A stretch of DNA of 61,229 bases, filler included, from Hausera hauseri (taxonomy: Eukaryota), in assembly GCA_046269625.1 (NCBI GenBank). It is 10 parts of 10 records of this genome, joined end to end, with 100 filler letters (N's around TTAATTAATTAA, not from the genome) between each part and the next. Parts side by side here need not be neighbours in the genome. Positions count along the whole stretch, not along the records: positions 20,145 to 26,798 come from JBJURY010078216.1; positions 26,899 to 32,018 come from JBJURY010329715.1; positions 32,119 to 42,750 come from JBJURY010163309.1; 7 more parts are not named here. The stretch is one strand, 5' to 3'. The translations under genes and the position numbers were made by a program. Below, piece after piece: positions 23,884-37,710 of the stretch (position 1 is its first letter; each line of letters starts with the position of its first letter). The notes below the pieces were generated by a model. That model was not told where the DNA came from and did not search any database. It saw only the letters and a program-made list of their open reading frames with translations.

Positions 23884-26460
23884 TTATTTCAGCCGCCAAT
23901 GTCCATACGCCTAACTCTTATTTCGCCGCACTCACTTTCGCTTATCATCGTTGAATGACAAAGCGATTTTCGCACTAGTTATTGTGTACAGCTGGTGTTC
24001 AATTGATCGGTGATCGTTTGAGACACAACAGCCACTGATTGTCCTCCTTCTGCCGCTCCTTCATATATACGGCGATAATCACGGTGGTAGATTTCCGTCT
24101 GTCTTAGCTGGACTCATTTTCCCGCATTTTCGGTCCACAGTTCATGAGAAGACTGCAGCACTGTGGGCGTAGGAATATCCATTCCCAATACTGAACCCTG
24201 CCTTCACTTTCATCCTTAAAGCAGCCGATTTTGTTGATGATCGCGCTGCAGTACAACGGATGATCCGGTGGGTAGTTGGACGTGTCCAGTAATCCATCTG
24301 ACTGAATTTGCTGCAGTAGCTGTTTGCAATTGACTTTTTTCAGCCGCAGGAAAAAACTGTCTGTGTCACCAGCAATTATATTAATGTCACAGCCGTCAAA
24401 CATTTCCGGTAATGTGCCAAGTCGCGATACTGTTGCTCATACATCCGCAACTTGCTCAGATCCAATACCACTTGCCCTATATAACTTGGCCAGTCCAGAA
24501 CGAATTCTCTGTTTAACAGCACCGCAACCAATCCATCGACAATGTGCATTAACCGCCGAAACTGCGCCTTTCTCGTATACGTGACCAACCGCTTTTCGCT
24601 ATTGCTTATGGATACAATGAGCCGCTTTTTCAGATTCTCCACTGCCTTTTCCTTATAGGGAATTGTTTTTCAACTTGTAATAGTCCTTTTCAAATTTTGT
24701 ACAAGTTGCCGCTCATTTCTCCGAATTTCCATCTATGTACGCCTTGAATATGGGAGCTTGAGCAAATTGGATTTCACGATGCAGCTGTGCAACACGAACA
24801 CAGAGCTGCCTGTAAAAATTTAGCAGACGCCAAAGGACCACTTAATTCAACTTCGATTCATGCGCCATGAGCAGTTTCTTCACTTTCGAGCCTTGTGGAT
24901 AATGGTTAAATGGTGCGATCGGCAAATCGTCCAAAACGTCACGCAGCTCATCTGGTATCTCAAGATCGACCTCCATTAGGTATCCAACTGAGCCCGTCTT
25001 GTCAGCTCGTGGTTGATTGACCATTATGTCGTCCAGATCTTGTCTGTCGACTATCCATTCGAATGGACCGTACTCAAGGGTTGCAAATAGGTCCAGCCGT
25101 ACAGGTTATTAATATCAATATACAGCAGTGATGTGGTATCGGTATCACTGATCTGATGCTTGTTGACAAATGTTATGCCACGTCGAATACCAATTTCCTG
25201 GTCTTGCAGCAGCTCAACGTCTCGATCCAATGACATTAGAGCTGACGCAAAACTCATTCCTGGTATGGAATAAAAGTTGAGTGGCTCCAACCTATCTTCA
25301 GCCAACGCTTTCGCTTGAAACGCTTGAAACGCTTGAAACTCATAGGCTAATAAGTACACGTCCAGTTTAAGATACTAGAGCATGTAATCCAACATGTTTC
25401 TATAGCCGAGTTCCATCCAACATCTCTGTGTTATCCGATATTTATCCTCTGCGATACCTATCCATCGCGGCGGTAATTCCTCTGCTGTCCGGAGTCGCTC
25501 ATACAATGTTGCAAAGTCATATGGGAATATGCCTTTGCTGTGTGCGATATGTGCAGGGAACTGCGCCAGTGCTATCGGAACATCCGGCAATGCATTTACG
25601 ATGTTTGCTAGAGATTCATTGAGAAATTGCAATGAGTCGAGAGAGCATACCTGGAACCGATTTATGCTTGCTGCCAGGGACAGGTATTTCTCCATTGTTG
25701 TTGGGATTACTGACAGTTCCCAGTTGGGAAATCCATTAATGGCCCACTTCAGTTTACGGTGACAATCATAAACTCGAAAATTATGAAAGATCACCGGTAA
25801 GAATAGCCGCACACGCCTTGCCAAATTTTATGAATTACACGCTGCTCCGAGATATCAACCAGTAAAATGATCGTGATCCGGTACGAGCTGTTCCAGTGCG
25901 TGAAACGGTAATATTTTGTTGCACAAGTAACATTTATCTGTGACTTCAAACGTCAGACGTTCGTCTTCATCTGTCCACATCAAGGGTTTATTGCTATTTC
26001 TACTGTACCAGGGTGCGATTTCAGTTTCCACTAAAGTTTGCAACTGCTGCAGGAAATCATGTACACAGTTCCAGACGTGAAAGGCATAATACTGCGTCTG
26101 ACTGACCGCTTTTATTGGGACAACCAACATACCAACGGCTATTGCAACGTGTTTTTGATCACATACGTTGTGCAGTGGTAGAATTGCCTCAATATCGGCA
26201 TATACCACATATGCCGGACTGTCCGTTTTCGACCAGTCACTGAATCGGGGCTCCTTATTGAGTGGCATGACGTACATGGTTGTTCCCGATGAATTCCGCT
26301 TGCACAGCGTCACATGTTTCTCCCATGCTGTTTTTGACCTGAATTCTTGCAGACATACAGGACACCATTTGCATTGTATTCGCTTTTTGATGAACTGATC
26401 ATGTTCCATGTTCAACAGTCTATTCAGATTTGTCATTGCCACGTAATGAAAATCTTCATT
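23884..26460 (-). pseudogene. polB: Polinton-type family B DNA polymerase with zinc finger and endonuclease VII-like insert
   Basis: VVYADIEA (ExoI), DHDHFTG, VIFHN..YD, LDSLQFL, KGIFPY, YIDINNLYG, GKAVENLKKR, PSYIG..LDLSKLRMY, GDTDS, GCFKDE, terminal YGH. Many frameshifts. Confidence 0.9.
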
Positions 26461-26898
26461 TTTATATGTTAGTGTGTGTAGTGGTCATAATTTAATAACA
26501 CACTGTTGATTTTGAAAACAGTGCTTCTAAAAAACAACACAGTCTCGACTTCAAATGTCCAGTATTTTGGGAATGAACTTTACACTAAAGAGCGAACAAA
26601 TCATGAGAAATAATGTGACCTTTTCATTAATGTGAGCTTTACAATATTTCTGTTACACATTTGGTGGTGGTACTCATTATTAGTATGTAGGCACACGGTC
26701 ACCACCTCCTTGTGAGTAATAGTAGTACTCAATTATGAGCTCGTGGTAATTTGTGCGTCGTCGTCGTCGTCGTTGTCGTTGTACAAAATAAAATTCACNN
26801 NNNNNNNNNNNNNNNNNNNNNNNNNNNNNNNNNNNNNNNNNNTTAATTAATTAANNNNNNNNNNNNNNNNNNNNNNNNNNNNNNNNNNNNNNNNNNNN

Positions 26899-29800
26899 AA
26901 CTGTAAATATTCTCACAAATCTAGTAAAGACGATCAGGAAAGGATATGTAAGTACTTTGAAAAAGGAAGATGTAGATATGGGAAGGATTGTAAGTTCCTA
27001 CACAAAAAGTTGGCAAAAAAAAATAATAATAACAACAATGATAACAAAAATAGACTGGAGCATGAAGCCAGAAAGCCTTATGAAAGAATGGCGAATGTAG
27101 ACACAGAGGTATCGTTGCTTGGCAAGTTAAAGGAGAAAGACAGAGGAGGGGTTGAAAATCAGCAAAAGGACGTTAGAACCTATGTAACCCAAGGCTTTCA
27201 GAAGATAAATGAAGAAGAAGAGGTCGTAGCTCTGAGGACAGTGGAAGTATGACTGAAAAACCGAATGAAGAGACAAAAAACAATAATGTTGTTAGACGAT
27301 GCAAGCACGGAAAGTTTCATCGATTTAAAGATATGCGATGAATTAGACGTTGGCAGAAAAACGGAGAGATTGACGGTGACGGTTGTCGGAGGGAAACAAA
27401 CAAAGATGTCTATCGACAGAGTAAAATTGGGACTGGAGAGTATAGATCAATCTATAGATATTAAATTCGAGGCGTTGGCCATAATAAATCCAACTGGGAA
27501 GATGAAAGCCGTGAACTGGTCCATAGAGAAACAAAAATGGCCTCATCTGAGGTATCTGAAATTCGCCACAATGTCCCACAAATTGCAAGTAGATGATATC
27601 ATAGGGGCGAATTATATAGAGCTACACCAGTCAATCGAGAAGGTCTAGGGCAAAAAAGGTGAACCAGTGGCACGGTTGACTCCCTTGGGCTGGACCTGTA
27701 TGGGATTGATAAAGAAAGGAAAAAGAAAAATAAATGGTAATTTTGTGAAGACCTTCTGGACTAGAACCGAAGAGATCCAAAATGACTTGACCCGTTTGTG
27801 GGAGATCGAGTTCAACTTTGACTCAAAGGTGTCTGAGAGAAGCTTACAAGAAGAGGAGATCATAGGACGGGTATTTGAAGACACGACCTACGAAGAATGT
27901 AGGTATTGCGTACCATTACCCTGGAAAGGGGGAAGATGACCGGAAATCGAAACAATTAGTGGTTGGCACAAAAACGACTAAATATTCTAAGGAATAAGTT
28001 GGATAAGAATGAAAAGGCTAAGGTGGCCTATGATAAGGTAATAACAGCCCATACTGAAGAAAAATATATTCGAGTGGTGGAAGAGCATGAGGAACGGGAA
28101 TCAGCTTGGCTCTTGCCGCATTTCCGTCATGAAAATTGACAGGGAAACCACAAAATGTCGAATAGTTTTCGACGCCGCTTCGAAATATCGGGGACAATGT
28201 CCAAATGACTTTTTAGAACCCGGTCCAAAATTACAACTGGACATTGTGGATATACTATTGAGAATGAGAAAACGTCAAGGGGTAGTAATATGTGACATTC
28301 AAGAAATGTTTTTGGGAATTAAGGTAAAACCAGAAGATAGGAAATACTTGAGATTCCTATGGTATAAAGATGGAAGACTCAAAACGTATGAGTTTAACCG
28401 GTTGGTATTCGGGTTGAATGCCTCTCCGTTTTTGGCGCAATTGATTTCAAGGTATAATGCCGAAAAGTTTAAGGATAAGTACCCTAGAGCTGTAGAAACA
28501 ATTGAGTGTTGTACATACATGGATGACTGCATCGATTCAGTCAGTACTGAAAGGGAAGCTGTATTACTGTATAACGAACTAAACGAGATTTGGAAAACAG
28601 CTGGAATGGAACCTCATAAATGGTTGTCGAATTCTGACGAGTTGATAAATTTAACACCCATTACAAGTCGAGCAAAAGAAATCAATATAGTAAAAAAGAC
28701 GGACGTAATTACCAAAACGTTAGGCATGAAGTGGAGGGTTGAAGATGGTGAATTCGAATTTGAAGATAGAGACAAGCAAGGATTGGAAATAACGAAAAGG
28801 ACATTGTTAAGTGTTCTGGCAAAGGTTTTCGATCCGCTGGGTTTTCTTAATTGTTATACGTTGTTAGGCAAGATGTACTTACAACAACTGTGGATAATGG
28901 ATGTAGATTGGGACAAGAAAATTCCGAAGGAGTTGAACGAAAAAATAAAAACATGAGTGAAGGGAATGGAGAGATTGAGTATAATTAAAATACCGAGGAA
29001 CCTACAGTTTAAAAAAGATGGTAGCAGTAAAATACACGTATTTTGTGACGCCTCAAGATCGGGATATGGGGCGGTAGCTTACTTAAGGTCAACTATAAAA
29101 GAAATTCATGTAGTGATCATATGTTCAAAAGACAAGGTGACGCCAGTAAAGTCCATCGCTATACCTATCCTGGAACTAATGGCAGCATGCATAGGGATCA
29201 AATTGGGAAAGAAAGTGGGGAAGATCTTATGCAAAAGCAAGGATGAGATACGGTATTGGATGGATAGTATGAATATACTGTATTGGATTAAAGGATGTAG
29301 CAAATATTATAAGACGTTGATAGCGAATAGAGTTGGATACATTCATGAGGAGTCAATTGGAAGACAATGGAACTACATGAAGTCGGAACAAAACCCGGCA
29401 AACTACCTATCGAGAGGGCTGGGTATCGAAGAACTCCAAAGTAAAATAGAGTGGTGGAATGGCCCGGAGTTTCTCAAGAAAACAGAAGATCAATGGCCAA
29501 ACCAACCAAACGAGTTACCAAAGCCAAAGGACGAGGAAAGAAGAAAAGACATTTGCATTTATGTCTTCGAGAACTATATCGCGCAGGGAGGAGCATAAAA
29601 ATCAAGGCAATGAATACGATACGGAACAACTTGTTGGATCCCGTTGGGAAGAAATGGTCAGACGGAAGGCAGTGGAGATATCACAGATGGATGGAAACGA
29701 TTCTTTAAAAGTAGAATTATAGAGGAGAGCTAAGATGGAAATAATTAAAGAGGATCAATGGAAGGAATTTTCCCGGAAATAAAGGATATACAGACAAAAT

Positions 29801-31076
29801 GGGAAGTCAGTATCAAAAGTACTTTCGTGAAATTCAACACCATTTTGGATGATGAAGGGATACTAAGATCAAGTAGTAGACTAATCACAACTTCCTGGTT
29901 AAATTGGGAGCAAAAGTATCCCATAATTCTATCTGCGAAGAGTTTTCTAACGAAGTTAATCATAGAAGACGTTCATTTGAACTTACAACATTTAGCGGGA
30001 GTCAATCACCAAGTTTCCGAGTTAAGTAATAAGTATTGGTTCCCCAGAATGAAAAAGCTAGTCAAAGCTTATCAAAATTACTGGAAGGTATGTAGGAGGG
30101 CGAATGCAAGAGGAATACATACAATAGGAGCTCCATTACCAACGTTTAGGACACGACTACCTCTTAAAGCTTTTGACAAAGTGGGATCGATTTCGCTTGG
30201 CCAGTGAAAACACGACAGAGACGGGGACAAACTCAAGAGAAAAGGTATATCTGCTTAATCACGTGTCTACTCTGTAGGGGTATACACGTTGAGATGTTAG
30301 TCGGGTTAGATATGGATTCCTTCTTAAAAGCTCTGAAACGCTTCATGAGCAGGAGGGGGAGACCTTCGTTGATAATCTCCGGCAACGGGCGAACGTTCAT
30401 TGGAGTAAATAATGAGATATGCGAGTTCCAAATCGACACGTATACCCTTAAAAAGGAACTCAAGGATACAGAAATAAGGTGGATATTCAACCCCCCTGCC
30501 GCTCCTCACTTTGGAGGCGTGTATGAAGTAATGGTTAAATCAGTAAAAAACTCACTAAATAAATTATTTCCGGAAGCTTCCGTGACGGATGAAGAATTAG
30601 GGACATTGCTGATAGTAATTGAAGGGATAACCAACAATCGACCATTAATAAGAGCTATTGACGAGTGTAAGAATGATATCGTCTTATCTCCTAATCATTT
30701 CATAATAGCCGGACACAACGGGGAAATCTCTTCGGAGTTGACAGGGATTAGGAATAGTAGTTTGGCTGACAGATGGAGATATATACAAAAATTAGGGAAG
30801 GAATACTGGGATTGTTGGAGACATGAACTTTTGAGAGAATGTAGAATTGAAACCTGGGGACAAATTATGGTTGTTAGAGAAAAATGAAAAATTTAACCAC
30901 TGGCCCGTCGCAGAAATTACAAATATATTCCCTGGGACAGATAACGTGGTGGAGATAAAACTTAATGGGGAACTTTACAAAAGACCGGTGAATAGGATGT
31001 GTAAAATTGGGAACAATTAGATTGGATAGAAATTGAAGAAGGGTCGACAAACCGGATTACCCAAGGAGGGGGGGAA
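26899..31076 (+). mobile_element. BEL/Pao retrotransposon copy 3 (decayed, 5' truncated) with tandem CCCH fingers
   Basis: Starts NCKYSH..RICKYFEKGRCRYGKDCKFLH, then LLDDAST, TPLGW, KCRIVFDA, YMDD, FDPLG, FCDAS, PHFGGVYE. PPT at 31063-31076. Confidence 0.93.
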
Positions 31077-31400
31077 TGTTGGAACCGACCGTTTTGTTGG
31101 GGAATCCGGTCAAACTTCAACGGGAGAGGTATAGTGGATATAAAAGATGTATATAGTGTATATAATACATAAAACATATATATATAGGTATGTGTTTATA
31201 AATGTATATAAGAGTGCTCACATGTTGATCGAGTGAAATGTATAATGGCTGATACTATGATTGCATCGTGTCTAAGAGCTGTATCAAAAATTAGATTGTT
31301 AAGGGTACTAAAACAATGGTGAATGCAAACAACTCCTGGCGGCATTCGCTGGGACGGGGGAATGATGACTGTGACCAAAAGTAAAAAAGTATAACGTGCA
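31077..31400 (+). repeat. Start of 3' LTR of BEL copy 3 (right end undetermined)
   Basis: TGTTGGAACC after the PPT. The TA-rich tract and the motif at 31329-31360 are shared with copy 1. Confidence 0.7.
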
Positions 31401-32118
31401 TTCTGCAGAATCAGCATAAGAAGTTTTCAATTATTCTGGCTTATTTAACAATGAAGAATGTTGATCGTGACGCCAAAGATAATGACATAGAGGTTGATGA
31501 AGGTGGCTACGTTGTAATAAGTTCGACAACACTTCTCAATGTAAGAAGCCCTTCGTTGGAAAAATCTATAATTGACAAAAAGAAGATATGTCAGTAGCAG
31601 TTAGTGTCGAAGAAAAGGATGGAAGGCACGTAATACATGTCTGAAAGTATGATGGTAGCCATCAGAATATTGAACAAGAAATATCCCAGTGGCACATAAC
31701 AGCTCTTCGATATTTGGAGCCTACATTGCTTCAATTCTTCCTATGTGTATGATGTTAGATATTGTTACGCCTCCTTTGTCAAAAATTTCATCAATTACTA
31801 AAAGGTTCGTACATTGACATGCGATTAAACACTGGTTATTATTTGGCAATAAATTACGAAATGGATGTATAAAACAAACAGCAAACCGTAATTGCACGCA
31901 AAATATCGAAATTGAATCAAAATAGCAAAACATGTCAAACAACAGACCACAATTGTATTCAAAATAACGGAGAAAATAAAGTTCGTCTTTGCAACCAAAT
32001 TCAAAATTACTCAAGATCNNNNNNNNNNNNNNNNNNNNNNNNNNNNNNNNNNNNNNNNNNNNTTAATTAATTAANNNNNNNNNNNNNNNNNNNNNNNNNN
32101 NNNNNNNNNNNNNNNNNN

Positions 32119-35100
32119 CGGATCCAAATCCATCCTGCTCGGATGACAAATCCACGAATACGGGCAACATCTATCGTTTGCCACACTCCCAACAGACCCG
32201 AGTTTCGCTAAATTTGCCTTGTATGGAGTTTTTCTTTGATAGAACAACTCCAGCAAACCATGGCTCCAATTCCACCAACAGTGGCTAAAATCGAACAACA
32301 TCACTAATTCTTTTGTGCGAGCCAATAGCCTTTTAAATTTTCTGCCTGCCAACTTCAAGCAGCAGATTAATAATATTTCCGAGGTGTTACAATCCTCGAC
32401 ACCTTACGAGATACTCCGCGAAGCTGTACTGCATGTCACGGATCCTTCGATTGACAATATAATACAAAAGTATTTTAATGACCACGCAATGGGAAACCAA
32501 AAGCCATCCGACTTTTTGCAAACGGCCATTTTGCAGCTCAGGGCGCTAGGAGTGACCCCTGCAAATAACGCGGATTTAATTCGCCGTTATTTTTTATCGT
32601 CTCAGCCAACTTCAATCAGAGCCTTACTAACCATTGTCGACGAATCCACTGCTATCGAAAATCTGGCAATAATGTATGACAAATCCTTTGAGATTCTTCA
32701 CAATAACAGTTCTTTCCCTGTTGATGCTGCAACCACGTGCTCCAACTACAAATACAACATTTTTTACTCAACAATTGTAAATGATGCAGCAACAGTTTGG
32801 TATGCTACAACAATCGATTTTGGCCATATCCACCCAACTAAATAATCTTAACGGGCCTCGACGAAGTGAACGCAGACGTTCACGAGAGCGAGGCACTTCA
32901 ATGCACTCTTCTCGGTCCATTTCACCTGGCGGACGCATGATTTGTTTCTACCACACGCGTTTTCGAAAGGAAGCAAGGAAATGTTTCTTGGGCTGTCGAT
33001 TCTTTAGTGAGCAATGCGCTGTAAATAACACAATTTGTATATACCACAACAAATATCAATCACAGGCCAGATCATGTGTGCCTGGATGTAGATATTACAA
33101 CAAAAAATCTCCTAGCTTTTCTTCCTCTTCTTCCTTTCTTCCAAATCCTCCAAAAAACTCATAATGCCGCCAGATTTTACAGCACCTTCTGGCGCAGGCA
33201 ATATCGTGTAATCTTCTGGCCGTTTCAATACCGCCTCTGCAATCTTTCTGTTGAAGGCTGCACTTTTATGCAGTGATGCTTTTCACATCGACTTCCTTAT
33301 AGACTCAGGAGCTGCCTTTTCACTCCTTCAATTGTCTTTCACCCCTACATCCACTATAACTTCCCGTCCTCCACTTTTCACTGCCAGTGGACAACCGTTG
33401 CACGTTTCAGGAACCACGGAATTGATTTTCACATTCTTCAACTTGCCAGATAAGTTTGTTTGGAAGTTCCACATGGCTAACATTAAATCTCCAATAATAG
33501 GCTCAGATTTTCTTGCCGCACATGATCTATTGGTATATTGCAAATACAGCTGTCTTCTCAGGAGAAATTTGATTTCAAATTCAAACATGTGTCTCTCAGA
33601 CAATCTAGCAAGCAATTCATTGCACCCATCTGGAAACATGCTGACCGTTTCTTCATCTATTAAAAAACTTCCGATGAAGTCGGTACGCCTTCAATTATGA
33701 ACGACAATCCTATATCTATTCTGAAACAGAAATGCAAATTAGGTGTCGACAGCAGCGATGCCAGTTGCCTCTCTTCAGTCACTGCAGCTGTTCTTTTCAA
33801 TGATACGCCTCAATCATTCTTATTTCCAGACTCCGATCTTAGATCATATGTCACAACATCATGCTTTCCAATAGTTAAAAAAGACATCAACTTGAAGCTC
33901 TCATCCTCAACTTATCATAACATAGTAACAGAGCATCAGAAGCCGATCAAACAAAAGGTTAGACCTTTGTCTCCACGAAGACGTAAAGCTGTGGAACAGG
34001 AGTTTAATAACCTGGAAAGGTCTGGCATCATTCGGAGGTAGAATTCGCCGTGGACGTCTCCTCTTCATGTAGTGGTAAAGAAAGATGGAACCTATAGGCC
34101 ATGTGGCGACTATGGACAATTAAACAATCTAACTATTACAGATGCCAATCCACTACCACTCATTAAGGATATTCTTCATGGCCTCAGCAACACCAATACT
34201 TATTCTACTATTTATCTGCACAAGGCCTACCATCAAATCCCTGTTGCGCCTAATGACATTCCAAAAACTGCTGTCATTACACGTTTGGTCCTTATGAATA
34301 CATTTTCATGCCTTTCGGCCTACGTAGTGCATCTCAGACCTTTCAGCGCCACATTGACACCTTTCTTTCTGGACTTGATTTTGCTCACCCATACATAGAT
34401 GACATATTAGTCGCTTCCAGCTCTATAAAACAACATCATGAGCATCTTAGAATTATTTTCTACAGATTGCATCAAAGTAACCTGCAAATTAATTTTGACA
34501 AATGCAATTTCTTTCAGAAACGCGTAAACTTCCTAGGCCAAATAATTACTCCCGAAGGGCATTCGCCCCAGCCTGATCGCTTACAACAATTAAAAAATGT
34601 AGAGTTGCCAACTACAACTACCGATATGAGGAGTTTTCCTGGGACTTAGCATTTCGTACACAAATACGTCACACACTGCTCCGAACTAACGGCACCGTTC
34701 GTACACCTCTCATCTGGGAAGAAAAGATAATTAATCCATTGGACTCCCGATCTGGTAAATCAATTTGATCGCCTTCGTGAAGGTCTAAAAACTGTAGAAA
34801 TCTTGGCGTTTCCAAAACCAAACGCCGAACTAATATTAACTACCGATGCCTCTACTACAGTAACTGGTGCGGTATTACACCAAATATACAATGGCGTCGA
34901 TGAACCATTAGAGTTCTATTCTCGAAATCTCACTCAACCGGAAAGCCGATACTCCACATTCGACCGTGAACTCTTGGCTGTAGTCTTAGCGGTGAAGCAC
35001 TTCAAACACTTGTTTCTTTCACGTCGATTTACCATTCAAACCGACCACAAGCCTTTACTTCACATAATGACCTTGAAACAGCCATCATCCAGACAATAAC

Positions 35101-36770
35101 GACAGATATGATACCTGTCGACGTTTACTTTTTCCATGAAATATATTTCAGGCACCGAAAATCTAGTAGCGGATTTTCTTTCGCGGTCGGTTAACTCAAT
35201 TACAATTTAGCCACTTTTCTCCTCTGAGGTCCTGAGAAGCAATCGGCCATCATCTGACATTCTCCAAGCTTTTAAATCTGTTGAAATCATCGATGGCATT
35301 GCTTATGACACTTCTAACTCGACCAACAAAAGGATCATTCTTGCTTCATCGCTACAAAAAACAGCTTTCAACCACTTTCACTCTTTTCATCATCCAGGTT
35401 CAAAAGCCACATTTTGCCTACTGCAACGCCACGTTGTATGGCCAACTATGCGTACAGATATACATATCTGGGTCAAGGGATGTGCAGCATGCCAGCAATA
35501 CAAGGTGCACAAACTCCTAAACCACCACTTTACCACTTCCCTTGTACGTCCCGTTTTGACACTGTGCATTTGGATCCTGTCGGCTTTTTTCCGTCCGACA
35601 ACGGCTATCAATACATCTTATCCATGATGGATCGTGCTTCCCGCTGGCCTGAAGCCGTTCCACTTCGATCAACCAACACTGACTCAGTAGCAGACGCATT
35701 TATCAAGATATGGGTCAGCCGTTTTGGTTCACCACGTCGCATCATAACGTACAAGGGTCCGCAATTTGAAGATGACTCTTTAAATCTCTAGTAAAGCACT
35801 TGGAAATAGCCCACTTCCATACGACACCGCACCATCCCCAAGCAAATGGCTTTCTTGAGAGATTCCATCGCATCATGAAGATTTCTTTAAAAATTTTTGC
35901 AACCAACAATCGTAATTGGACCTCGATTCTTCCTCTTGTCCTACTTGGTTGGCACAACACGCCATCCATTACCACAGGTTGTGCCCCGGCTGAAGCTCTC
36001 TTTGGGACGCCAATTCGTGCACTATTTGAGCTTTCCAATCTGGATGAAAGTCTATCAGATGAAGTCATTCGTGCAGCACAGTCCCACTTTGTAGAGGTAA
36101 ACTCAAACGCATTCTGCCGTCTTATAAACAAAGACAAATCTTATATCCCAGAGGACATATACTCAGCCAAGTTTGTATAGCTGAAGGATCCGTTATCTTC
36201 TGGTTTTCGGCCTCAATACGTTGGATTTTACAAATTACTCAATCTTTCTTCGCACACTGTTACTGTTTTACGCAAGGACCAACCCCATAATGTACACATT
36301 TCTAATCTTAAGCCAGCCTTCTTCATTTATGATGATTAGGATAACAGCATTGTTTCAAATCCCAACTCTAACTTCGTCACCCTCAAGCCATCATCCAATT
36401 TCCTTGATGATTTTAATCCTTCGCAGCCATCACTATCGCGTGACGACCAATTCTCTGCACTTCCGTCATCATCCAGTGCTCCTTCACCATTTGCTTTTCC
36501 ATCATCGCCTGCACATCCACTAATCATTTCACCTTCATCGCAGAATTCGCTGCTATCTCCAATCTCGTCTTCGTTGCGTGATCCTTTTCCGTTTTTAACT
36601 TTTTCTCCACCTTCACCTCTTCATGAAACATCCTCCAGCACCACAAAATCCGCAGTATCTTACTTTCAAACGACTCCACAAGTACCAGTAACCTCTAACA
36701 GATCACGTCATGTGGCGTTTAGCACCTACAGAGGAGAGAGAAATTCATAGATGGAGTCCAACGTCTAACA
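32119..36770 (+). mobile_element. Ty3/Gypsy retrotransposon, CsRn1/Kabuki-like (gag-PR-RT-RH-IN), decayed
   Basis: Gag with Cx2Hx9Cx3C fingers, FLIDSGA, YRPCGDY, MPFGL, YIDD, TTDAS, TDHKPL, RWPEAVP, HPQANGFLERFHR. Confidence 0.92.
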
Positions 36771-37501
36771 TGTACCAAAACCGAATAGGTATAAGTCCTT
36801 TTTCCTACTATAATTTTTATTCGTTTTCTTCTCTTCATAGTGTTTGGCTTGCCACATGGGGTGATATAGTGCCTGGGATGTGACTACAGTGTTTGAGTCT
36901 GTCGAATCGGTAAGAGAACTTTCCCCACCATTTGATTATGCGACGCAAAAGCTGTAATTTCTGACAAAGGTGTGACAGCGACATTTAGCTCGAACGATTT
37001 GTAAAAGCAATCAAAAGCAATCAAATCGACAGAATGTTTTAGACAAACAATTTGTATCCTCACCATATGCTACTCGAATGGATATAGTAGTCGTCGATTT
37101 TGAAATTTCACTTAGAGGAAAAGTTTGTCTTTATCCAGTAATCAGAAAAGCAGGGAACTCTCACAAAAGAACAAAGTCGTGGGTTTTGCCGCTGTTCTTC
37201 TATTTTGCTCTGAAAATGTATACGATCATTTTGCGTATCTGATTTTACTTTATCTCCTTTGTACATAATAGGACTGTCTCTATGTTGCATTGATATACGC
37301 TTTTGTGAATGTTTTTACAGCTCAAGTTCAAATGCAGATGTACTATACTCATTTCGACACATACAGAAAATGTTACGTCATTTCACACTTTACTATGCTT
37401 TCTGTTCAAGTCGAAGTTCACCTCAATTCGCAGGTTTTCTCATTTCACACGTCCGCAATATTCATTGGACGCCTTTCTGATCGAGGGACGTTTAGTTGAA
37501 C

Positions 37502-37706
37502 TGTAGAATCTTACTGTATAATTGTAAATATAATGTTTATATATTGTATAACATGTATAAAAGAATTGATAAGTAATTATAGATTGATAATTGTAAATTT
37601 TTGAAGTTTGAAATTCAAAAACATTTTATCTTTTGACTCTTGGATTTTATCTTTTTTTGGAATTTATGCGTCTGAAACTGCTCCAAACGACATTGGTGTC
37701 AGAAGT
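37502..37706 (+). repeat. Short putative LTR (TGT..ACA, 37502-37692) plus tRNA-Leu PBS (37694-37706)
   Basis: TGTAG..CGACA-T-TGGTGTCAGAAGT, the complement of the tRNA-Leu(CAA) 3' end and a common Gypsy PBS. AT-rich body with TATAAAAG. No second copy in the window. Confidence 0.6.
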
Positions 37707-37710
37707 TCAA

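Larger units (their letters stand above)
20145..26798. mobile_element. Decayed Polinton/Maverick-like (endogenous dsDNA virus) segment
   Basis: Polinton-type family B polymerase convergent with a compact intronless array of TBP-like, dUTPase, DEDD nuclease and small ORFs. No capsid, ATPase, integrase or terminal repeat is visible in this contig. Confidence 0.75.
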
